Below are positions 1-6,963 of a DNA stretch of 11,745 nucleotides, one piece after another. The position numbers and the translations under genes were made by a program. How positions within the stretch are numbered: the first letter of the stretch is position 1; the number at the start of each line of letters is the position of its first letter. The stretch is from Bacteriovoracia bacterium. Its GTDB lineage: Bacteria > Bdellovibrionota > Bacteriovoracia > Bacteriovoracales > Bacteriovoracaceae. The notes beneath the pieces were generated by a model. That model saw nothing but the letters and a program-made list of their open reading frames with translations. It was not told the origin of the DNA and made no database searches. The DNA is taken from NCBI GenBank assembly GCA_046570105.1, contig JBKHVI010000071.1, forward strand, positions 1 through 11,745. The letters run 5' to 3'.

Positions 1-1
1 C

Positions 2-151
2 GGTGCTGGTGGCATGGATTACTTTTCGAAATTTTTGGTCGATGCAGGTAACCAGGTAACTTGTTTTGCGCCTAAAAAACTCGCTCATCACGAACCCACC
101 TTGGCGGCGCCTCATTTACATGCTTTCCTTAAAGGCGAACTTTCACTCTGA
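2..151 (+). CDS. 3' end of an unidentified CDS, truncated by the window start
   Basis: Frame +2 is open from the window edge (GAGGMDYFSKFLVDAGNQVTCFAPKKLAHHEPTLAAPHLHAFLKGELSL) to TGA at 149-151. The stop overlaps the GAGGA RBS (150-154) of the next gene, as expected in an operon. No family recognised. Confidence 0.55.
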   Translation, partial: GAGGMDYFSKFLVDAGNQVTCFAPKKLAHHEPTLAAPHLHAFLKGELSL

Positions 152-157
152 GGATAT

Positions 158-1114
158 ATGGAACTTGTTATTGCGCTGGTTGCTCTGATTGTTGGTGTTT
201 TAATCTTGGGTTATGGCGCTGACATGTTTGTCGGTGGTGCATCCCACATTGCACGACGCTTTGGCATTCCTCCTGTGGTGATCGGTCTCACTGTTGTCGC
301 CTTTGGAACCTCTGCACCTGAAATGGCGGTCAATATTCTCGCTGCAATCCAAGGTAATAGCGGCATTGCTTACGGCAATGTGGTGGGCTCTAATACATTT
401 AACGTACTGGTCATTCTTGGCATCTGTGCCATCGTCAAACCACTCTCCGTCGGCAGTCAGTTAATTAGAATCGATATTCCTTTAATGGCAGTCGCCGCTG
501 CGATCTTGTGGTGGTTCTCTCAGGACGGAAGTCTCGGACGAATCGAGTCGACCGTATTGTTTGCGCTACTTTTGGCCTATATCGCTCTACAAGTTCGTCT
601 CTCGCTTAAAGAGCGCAATGCTACTAAAGAAGAGTTCGCTCAAGAGTTCAACGAGGGCGGACCGGTTTGGAAAAATATTTTATTCTTAGTGATTGGTCTC
701 GTTCTTCTCATCGCAGGCGCTAAGATGTTCGTTCATGGAGCGGTCACTCTCGCTCAATTGTGGGGCGTCTCTGAACAAGTGATTGCGCTTACAATCGTCT
801 CTGCTGGAACATCACTTCCTGAAGTAGCGACTTCCATCGCTGCTACCATGAAAGGTGAGCGTGAAATTGCAGTTGGTAATGTGGTGGGCTCAAACATCTT
901 TAACATCCTCGCTGTGCTGGGCATCTCAGGACTCTTAGCACCCAGTCCGATTATTGCCGATGCAGCGATGAGAGGAATTGATTTGCCGATCATGCTTTTA
1001 ACCTGTGTGGCGCTGGCGCCACTAGCAAAATTCCGCGGCAAATTCGAGCGTCCGGTCGGCGTGATTTTTCTCGCCGGCTACATAGCTTATACTGTGCATT
1101 TGATTTATCGCTAA
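158..1114 (+). CDS. yrbG: Calcium/sodium (cation:Ca2+, CaCA) antiporter, YrbG family
   Basis: 318 aa with about 10 hydrophobic segments. It has two alpha-repeats, GTSAPE...GNVVGSN and GTSLPE...GNVVGSN. RBS GAGGA lies at 150-154. Confidence 0.93.
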   Translation: MELVIALVALIVGVLILGYGADMFVGGASHIARRFGIPPVVIGLTVVAFGTSAPEMAVNILAAIQGNSGIAYGNVVGSNTFNVLVILGICAIVKPLSVGSQLIRIDIPLMAVAAAILWWFSQDGSLGRIESTVLFALLLAYIALQVRLSLKERNATKEEFAQEFNEGGPVWKNILFLVIGLVLLIAGAKMFVHGAVTLAQLWGVSEQVIALTIVSAGTSLPEVATSIAATMKGEREIAVGNVVGSNIFNILAVLGISGLLAPSPIIADAAMRGIDLPIMLLTCVALAPLAKFRGKFERPVGVIFLAGYIAYTVHLIYR

Positions 1115-2082
1115 TTTTTCTTAATCCAAAAACTCAGTGTTCTTAGAAATGCTTTTCGTCCGGGGCGCCCGTAAGGGGTGCCTTCGACGAAACGTAGGAA
1201 ACCGCGATTAGTGAGTTGGGAGATTTCGGTAGCAATCGTGGTGAGGTCTTGCTGGAAAAACTTCATCCAAGTGCGACTTTTTTCTGCCATGTAAGGAGTC
1301 GTATTCTCCAGTGGTTTATTGTTCCACGGACAAACGTCTTGGCAGATATCACAGCCAAAAATTTCTTCTCTGCCCTGCTCGCTGCCTTTGGGAGCCGCTA
1401 CATTTTCATCGCGCTCTTCAATCGTCCAAGTAGATAGACAGTCTTTTACTTTAATTGTGCGTGTTTCAGGATCAATCGCATCCGTGGGACAAGCATCGAC
1501 ACACGCTCGGCAAGTACCGCAATGGTCGGGAGTTATGGCTCCCTCTGCTAGCTCCCAAGTGCGATCAAACAACAAGGAACCGATCATAAAATAAGAGCCA
1601 TGTGTTCTGTGGATCATCATGGCATTTTTGCCAAACCACCCCAGGCCCGCGCGATGAGCGAGATCACGCTCGAGAACGGCTTCCGTGTCATGTGAGTGAC
1701 GAAATTCAAAACTGTACTGCGATTGCAGTTTGTGAGCGATAGCGTGAAGATTAGCCTTCATCAGTTCGTGATAATCCCGTCCTTCAAAACCCAAAGTATA
1801 GCCAGCGACACGATGGAACTTTGCTAAATTCATCGCTTTTTTTGTCGGAGTATAAGTAAAAAGAAAAACCAGCGCACTCTTGGCATGGGGCCAGTAGGCA
1901 TTGAGGTTTGAGCGGTAGTGAATATTTTTTTCGCTCTCAAGAAAAGGCAGCACGCCTTTATTTTTCTCTAACCAAGAAGAGAAGCGCTCAAAGCTTAGAG
2001 GTTTTGTTGCGGAAGTATACCCCCACTCCACTATGCCAAGTTGAGCGAGTTCATCGCTTGGGATATGGAGCAGATCTTTCAT
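1111..2082 (-). CDS. queG: tRNA epoxyqueuosine(34) reductase QueG (cobalamin, 2x[4Fe-4S])
   Basis: Motifs DYH, DT..VLERDLAHRAGLGWFGKN, HGSYFMIG, CGTCRACVDACP, CLSTWTIE and FGCDICQDVCPWN give the 8 cluster Cys. The start overlaps the pyk stop (ATGA at 2079-2082). Confidence 0.93.
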   Translation of the reverse strand: MKDLLHIPSDELAQLGIVEWGYTSATKPLSFERFSSWLEKNKGVLPFLESEKNIHYRSNLNAYWPHAKSALVFLFTYTPTKKAMNLAKFHRVAGYTLGFEGRDYHELMKANLHAIAHKLQSQYSFEFRHSHDTEAVLERDLAHRAGLGWFGKNAMMIHRTHGSYFMIGSLLFDRTWELAEGAITPDHCGTCRACVDACPTDAIDPETRTIKVKDCLSTWTIEERDENVAAPKGSEQGREEIFGCDICQDVCPWNNKPLENTTPYMAEKSRTWMKFFQQDLTTIATEISQLTNRGFLRFVEGTPYGRPGRKAFLRTLSFWIKKN

Positions 2083-3776
2083 GAATGTTTGGGAATGATC
2101 TCAATGGCGCCGGTAGGACAGACTCGCACGCATTCCATATCGAGGGTACACGCCTCGACTTTGCTGGGATCGATGCGAGTTTCTTTGGATTGATCCTGTG
2201 ACACTTTCCAAATATCGTGAGGGCAGATACTGACACATTGCTGGCAATAAGCGCAGACAGCTGTATCAAGTAAGAGCTTTCCCCGGGCAAAAGCCACCTC
2301 CTGAACCGTTTCATCTGAACCGGTTTGAGTGGCCTTAGGGACATCTTTAATAATCTCGACACGAATCGAGTTAGTAGAACCTTGTTGGAAGTAGCGGCCA
2401 TCACCTTTCGTGATAACAATCTTGTCACCATTCACCAGGCGACCTTTGGCCTTGAGATTCTCCATCATCGTTCTCTCAAGCACGGCCATCTCACCTTCAG
2501 TCGGTGTTTCCACGAAATACGGAGAGACGCCCCAGTAGAGCGCCATACGGCGAACGACTTTTAATGAATTCGTCACACCTAAAACTTGCGTTTTAGGACG
2601 GAAACGAGTCATTTCTAGACACGAATGGCCCGATTCGGTGATCGAGAGAATCCAGCGTGCGTTGGTTTTTTCTGCCACGATACTCGCTGCCACTTGAGTC
2701 GAAGCACTAACGCTAGAAATATCCATATGACGAAGCAATGGACGCTCCATCGGCTTGCGTTCAGCTTCACAGACAATCTGATTCATCATCTGAATCGTTT
2801 CTTCAGGATATGCACCCGAAGCCGTTTCTCCAGAGAGCATCACGCAATCAGTTCCATCCCAAACGGCGTTCGCCACGTCAGAGGCTTCCGCGCGTGTCGG
2901 GCGGGCATTGGTGATCATACTCTCAAGCATCTGAGTCGCGGTGATGACCGGTTTCCCAGCAGCGTTACAAGTCTTGATTAATTGTTTTTGAATCGAAGGC
3001 ACCAGATGGTTACCCACTTCCACACCCATATCACCACGAGCAATCATGATCATGTCAGAGACATGGATGATTTCGTCGATGTTGGTGATCGCTTCTGGTT
3101 TTTCAACTTTAGAAACGATCGGGATATCCACGCGCATTTTATGCAACATGCTTTTCACTGAGAGAATATCTTCTGCAGTACGAACGAAACTCAAAGCGAC
3201 ATAGTCGACGCCTTGCTTAAGTCCAAACATCAAGTCTTCATGGTCTTTGTCAGTATAGGAAGGGGCGGAAACTTTCACGTTTGGTAGATTAATACCCTTG
3301 TTACTCTTCAGCGCTCCGCCAACTTTCACGCGAATTTTGAGAACTTCGCCCTCTTTTGCAATCGCTTCCGCTTCGATCAGGCCATCATCAAACAAAATGA
3401 TCGCGCCCACTTCTGCATCTTTTACGAGGTCTTTATAAATTGTAGGAATAAAGCGCTCTTCATACTGCGGATACTTTGAGCGAATATCACTCGCGCCAAT
3501 CACCCATTCTTCACCGTTACCAAGCTGCAAAGGAGCTGGCACCTTATCAACGCGAATCTTGGGGCCTTGGAGATCTAAGAGTACTGCCACTTCACGACCA
3601 ACTTTGCGGCTGGCTTCACGGACGTTAGCAATGCTTTGAGCATGACCTTCGTGCGTGCCGTGAGACATATTAATGCGGGCGGCATTCATACCGGCACGGA
3701 TCAATTTCTCGAGCATTTCGACCGAGTTGGAGGATGGACCAATAGTGGCAATAATTTTCGCGCGACGTTCAGGCAT
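2079..3776 (-). CDS. pyk: Pyruvate kinase with C-terminal dicluster (4Fe-4S type) ferredoxin domain
   Basis: PK motifs are KIIATIGP, RINMSHG, DLQGPKIR, KGINLP, SKVEK, ARGDMGVE, ATQMLESM, RPTRAE, DCVMLSGETA and TNSIRV. About 90 extra residues follow, with CAYCQQCVSICP (C508-C518) and CTLDMECVRVCP (C543-C553). Confidence 0.96.
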   Translation of the reverse strand: MPERRAKIIATIGPSSNSVEMLEKLIRAGMNAARINMSHGTHEGHAQSIANVREASRKVGREVAVLLDLQGPKIRVDKVPAPLQLGNGEEWVIGASDIRSKYPQYEERFIPTIYKDLVKDAEVGAIILFDDGLIEAEAIAKEGEVLKIRVKVGGALKSNKGINLPNVKVSAPSYTDKDHEDLMFGLKQGVDYVALSFVRTAEDILSVKSMLHKMRVDIPIVSKVEKPEAITNIDEIIHVSDMIMIARGDMGVEVGNHLVPSIQKQLIKTCNAAGKPVITATQMLESMITNARPTRAEASDVANAVWDGTDCVMLSGETASGAYPEETIQMMNQIVCEAERKPMERPLLRHMDISSVSASTQVAASIVAEKTNARWILSITESGHSCLEMTRFRPKTQVLGVTNSLKVVRRMALYWGVSPYFVETPTEGEMAVLERTMMENLKAKGRLVNGDKIVITKGDGRYFQQGSTNSIRVEIIKDVPKATQTGSDETVQEVAFARGKLLLDTAVCAYCQQCVSICPHDIWKVSQDQSKETRIDPSKVEACTLDMECVRVCPTGAIEIIPKHS

Positions 3777-3782
3777 GGAGGG

Positions 3783-3812
3783 ATCTTACCCCATGCGCTT
3801 ATAATCGTTCAA
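3783..3812 (-). promoter_or_regulatory. Candidate sigma70 promoter giving a leaderless pyk-queG mRNA
   Basis: Minus strand reads TTGAAC (3812-3807), 18 nt, TAAGAT (3788-3783), CCCTCC, ATG (3776). There is no clear SD in the 9-nt gap. Confidence 0.5.
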
Positions 3813-5729
3813 CTGATCGATTTGCTGTTTTTGCGACAGCTTCAATTGGTTAATCTCGTTCTCATATTGAGAAATGAGTTGGGCCTTCTCCTGCTCTAGG
3901 GCCGACTTTAGACTCTTCATTTCATTTTTATGAAGAGCTTCTTTCTCGGCAAGCGCCTTATTTTGCGACACTTCCATCATTTTAATGCGGTTCTCATAGT
4001 CACTGACGGTGCCCTTGAGCTTCATTTCTGAGTTATAAGTTTGCTGGTCCATCTTACGAGAATAGCTATTACTTACCTCAAGAATCTTGTTTCTGAGGTT
4101 ATTCTCGCGCTGATCCATCAACATTTGATTCGACTTCGCATCGGCCTGACGCTTGTCTTCATAAATCTGCTGTTGCTGCTTCAACTGGCGATCGGCTTCC
4201 GCCATCACAAAGCCGACTTTCTGGTCGAGCTCATCGCGCAATTGGGCATTTTCACGGTTACTGGCCGCCAAGCGGGTTTCGTAGTTCCCCACCGTCGTGT
4301 CCATGAGATTATTAAAGTTACGACGCAAATCGAGGATCTCTTCATTGCGTTGCTGATTATTCATCGTAATAAAGGTCGCCTTGTCTTTATCCGTCTGGTC
4401 CTTTAGCTCTACGACAAACTTTTCATTTTTAGCAGCCAAGTCTTGCAAGCTCTTGTTGTAGTTCTCTTTCAACTTCTTGACTTGCCCACCGGCCTGATTT
4501 CTTTCGTTCACAATTTGATTTTCATAGCGCTGACGTTCAGCATGCTGGCTAGCACTCTGGGTAGAGTGAAGCTGTTGAGCCTTTTCACGCTCATTGGCGA
4601 CATGAACAATCTTATCCGCAGTCAACTCACGCTCTTTTCTTTCAAGGCGAGAGGCGGCTTCGGCTGATTCGACGTGAATAGCATCTTTATAAGCTTCAGA
4701 TTCATTCTCTAGGCGATTGTTATAATCGCGACGAGTTTGCACCAAGTTCTTACTCAATTTATCAATACGATCTTCAAAGACTTGGTCATCTTTGAGACCT
4801 TGCTGACGTTTTACTACTTCAGCAAATTCACCGCTGCCGTTATCACGGCGACGACGGTCAATATCAATATTACGCAAGTTCTTCTCGTAGCTACGACGAA
4901 CTTCACCTAACTCAGCACCGTGCTTTTTGTTATTTTGGAAATTCTCGCGCGCTTGCGCTTCTACGAACTCAGAGTTCTTTTTGTCGTAATCAGTCGACAT
5001 CTTAGCCGCGCGCTCATTAAAGTTACCTGAGAGCGTTTTCACTTTATCACTTAAATACGACTGCGACTGCTCAGCTTCTGCTGCATGGGCGGCCTTGGTG
5101 CGCTCAAGATCTTTTTGTAGACCTTCTTTCAACATAAAACGCTTCTGCGCTTCATCCTTGTAGATGCCTTCCAAATGCGTTTCATGAGAGCGGACTAGTT
5201 TTTCTTTTTCGCGCTTGTTTTGATCACGAATATCAGCACCAGAGCCAGACATCTTTTCCTGGAACGTCCGAATGCTTTTGTCTTTATCTTTCGTGATGCG
5301 ATCTACGTTTTTATGATAGCGCGCACTTCTCTCAGAGCTGACTTCTTCGTTGATTTTCTTTTCGCCTTCAAAAGCACGCGTATAAGAATCTTTAATATCG
5401 CGGAAGCGACCATCAAAATCTTTGCGCATCGTCGCGCGCTCAGACAGGAAGCGCTCTTTGTCGGCCTTATTCATTTTATGAAAGCGCTCTTTCTGCTGCT
5501 CGATACTTTCTTGCGTGCGCTCTTTCACGTTACTGATATTCGCCTGGTAGTCTTTCTCAAGCTCAGTGCGATTCTTCTCGAAATTGTTGTATTGCTTTTT
5601 CTGAATAGATTTATGGCGATTTTCTTCTTCCGCTAGATATTGTTTATTTTGAGCGCGATCCTTCTGAATCGTCTCTTGATAATTATCTCGCTCGCGCGCC
5701 AAGGCCTTTGAATAGTCTACACCGTTCAT
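3786..5729 (-). CDS. Hypothetical 647-aa all-helical protein with hendecad (11-residue) coiled-coil repeat
   Basis: Long ORF with RBS GAGGA (5740-5736) 6 nt before ATG. It is rich in E/K/Q/R/N, has no Pro, Trp or Cys, and shows no signal peptide or TM segment. Aromatic residues recur every 11 positions. Confidence 0.88.
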   Translation of the reverse strand: MNGVDYSKALARERDNYQETIQKDRAQNKQYLAEEENRHKSIQKKQYNNFEKNRTELEKDYQANISNVKERTQESIEQQKERFHKMNKADKERFLSERATMRKDFDGRFRDIKDSYTRAFEGEKKINEEVSSERSARYHKNVDRITKDKDKSIRTFQEKMSGSGADIRDQNKREKEKLVRSHETHLEGIYKDEAQKRFMLKEGLQKDLERTKAAHAAEAEQSQSYLSDKVKTLSGNFNERAAKMSTDYDKKNSEFVEAQARENFQNNKKHGAELGEVRRSYEKNLRNIDIDRRRRDNGSGEFAEVVKRQQGLKDDQVFEDRIDKLSKNLVQTRRDYNNRLENESEAYKDAIHVESAEAASRLERKERELTADKIVHVANEREKAQQLHSTQSASQHAERQRYENQIVNERNQAGGQVKKLKENYNKSLQDLAAKNEKFVVELKDQTDKDKATFITMNNQQRNEEILDLRRNFNNLMDTTVGNYETRLAASNRENAQLRDELDQKVGFVMAEADRQLKQQQQIYEDKRQADAKSNQMLMDQRENNLRNKILEVSNSYSRKMDQQTYNSEMKLKGTVSDYENRIKMMEVSQNKALAEKEALHKNEMKSLKSALEQEKAQLISQYENEINQLKLSQKQQIDQLNDYKRMG

Positions 5730-5748
5730 GGTCTATCCTCATAAGAAG

Positions 5749-5763
5749 GGTCCTTCCTGGACC
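5749..5763 (-). promoter_or_regulatory. Candidate CsrA/RsmA-binding hairpin in the 5' leader
   Basis: The mRNA reads GGUCC-AGGAA-GGACC, a 5-bp stem with GGA in the loop (CAGGAAG), and the SD GAGGA starts 8 nt after the hairpin. Confidence 0.45.
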
Positions 5764-5772
5764 TTACTTAAC

Positions 5773-5781
5773 AGAATAGCA
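5773..5781 (-). promoter_or_regulatory. Candidate extended -10 promoter for the coiled-coil gene
   Basis: TG-C-TATTCT on the minus strand just downstream of the terminator. No convincing -35. Confidence 0.4.
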
Positions 5782-5792
5782 CGCGCCCCAAT

Positions 5793-5827
5793 AAAAAAGG
5801 CCTTGGGCAAATTTTGCGCAAGGCCTT
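5793..5827 (-). terminator. Rho-independent terminator after the DsbA-like gene
   Basis: Minus strand AAGGCCTTG-C-GCAA-AAT-TTGC-C-CAAGGCCTT runs into TTTTTT, starting 33 nt after the stop codon. Confidence 0.85.
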
Positions 5828-5860
5828 CATTATTATAATTCTAATAACTTAGACTAAAAC

Positions 5861-6892
5861 TTAGAGACGAGAGAGTTCCTCATCTACCAATTCAGAGAAG
5901 ATCTCGATCGGTTGAGCGCCATTGATCAGCTGACCGTTGACGAAAAAGGTCGGAGTTGACTTCACTTTTAACTTCTTCCCGTCTTCCATATCCTGCTTCA
6001 CTTTGCTCAGATACTTATTAGAATCCAAGCACGCATCAAATGCCTCACCCTTTACGCCCACTTTACGAGCAAGAGCTTTTAGAGAGGGAACATCGAGTTT
6101 GTCTTGTGACTTAAACATAGCATCGTGCATTTTCCAGAACAAATCTGGACTCTGCTCGTTAGCACAAAGACCTGCAACGGCTGCGCCTTCTGCTTGATTG
6201 TGGAATGGCAGTGGGAAGTTCTTGAAAGCGACCTTGATCTTGTTGCCGTATTTTTTCTTAAGGTCATTCAGAATATCAGCACCGCGTGAGCAGAACGGAC
6301 ACTGGAAATCAGAGTATTCAACGATCGTGACTTTAGCATCTTTACCGCCTGCAACTGGAGCATCTCCGACTTGCACATCAAAAGATGGGCGGCGTGGTTT
6401 TTGAATGAAAACTTGAACTGGGTTTTTTGCTGTTTGCTTGCCTAACCACTGGTCCATCGCCTCTTTGCGTTTTTCCATTTCAAGGTAGCCCTTGATTTTT
6501 TCACGCACCATCGGATTGATGCTCTCTTGTGGAATCTGCTGCTTCTTGATGAAGGCATCGATATCGCCGTCAGAGATTTTTACGTTCTTAGCGATGTTCT
6601 TCTCGAGGTACTCATCATTCGACATACCTTTCTTCGCTGGATCTTTATCCATAATCTTTTGCATGACGATTCCACGCAAACGGTTGTTCTTAATTTCGAA
6701 CAACTTCGTCTCAGCTTCATAAAGCTCGGCCTCAATGCCTTCCATCAACTCAGCTTCTGTGATTTCGATATCACCCCACTGAGCTGCGATGCCAGGCTTA
6801 GCCGCTGGCTTAAATTGAAAATTAGGTTTGCTGATTGAATCAGAACAGGCGGCGACAAACATCATGATCGCCAATAAAGAAATTAGTTTCAT
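5861..6892 (-). CDS. DsbA-like thioredoxin-fold thiol-disulfide oxidoreductase, predicted lipoprotein
   Basis: Active site EYSDFQCPFC, NFPLPFH, and cis-Pro loop STPTFFVNG. The start is moved to ATG 6892 because AAGGAG (6904-6899) precedes it and it yields the signal peptide MKLISLLAIMMFVAA-C (lipobox). Confidence 0.9.
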   Translation of the reverse strand: MKLISLLAIMMFVAACSDSISKPNFQFKPAAKPGIAAQWGDIEITEAELMEGIEAELYEAETKLFEIKNNRLRGIVMQKIMDKDPAKKGMSNDEYLEKNIAKNVKISDGDIDAFIKKQQIPQESINPMVREKIKGYLEMEKRKEAMDQWLGKQTAKNPVQVFIQKPRRPSFDVQVGDAPVAGGKDAKVTIVEYSDFQCPFCSRGADILNDLKKKYGNKIKVAFKNFPLPFHNQAEGAAVAGLCANEQSPDLFWKMHDAMFKSQDKLDVPSLKALARKVGVKGEAFDACLDSNKYLSKVKQDMEDGKKLKVKSTPTFFVNGQLINGAQPIEIFSELVDEELSRL

Positions 6893-6917
6893 TTCAAACT
6901 CCTTGAAAATATGACCT

Positions 6918-6947
6918 ATCATAACGAGACTTCGTGCTCTCGTCCAA
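6918..6947 (-). promoter_or_regulatory. Candidate sigma70 promoter of the DsbA-like gene, with an inverted repeat in the spacer
   Basis: TTGGAC (6947-6942), 18 nt, TATGAT (6923-6918). The dyad ACGAGA-N8-TCTCGT lies at 6924-6943. Confidence 0.5.
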
Positions 6948-6963
6948 GAAGTAAAAAACTCAA

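Noticed and set aside
377..891. Exact 14-nt direct repeat AATGTGGTGGGCTC at 377-390 and 878-891
   Set aside because: Both copies encode the NVVGS of the two CaCA alpha-repeats. Protein-level duplication explains it; it is not a mobile or CRISPR repeat.
2895..2903. TGTCGGGCG matching the tRNA 3' region, a possible att site
   Set aside because: Only 9 nt long and inside the conserved RPTRAE codons of pyk; expected by chance.
3786..5729. Calling the coiled-coil protein SMC/SbcC or a prophage tape-measure protein
   Set aside because: It has no Walker motifs, hinge or zinc hook, no phage genes lie nearby, and its highly charged composition lacks the Ala/Gly-rich hydrophobic stretches usual in tape measures.
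6893..6922. Longer start (ATG 6922) for the DsbA-like gene
   Set aside because: It lies inside the predicted -10, whereas ATG 6892 has AAGGAG and gives a clean lipoprotein signal peptide.
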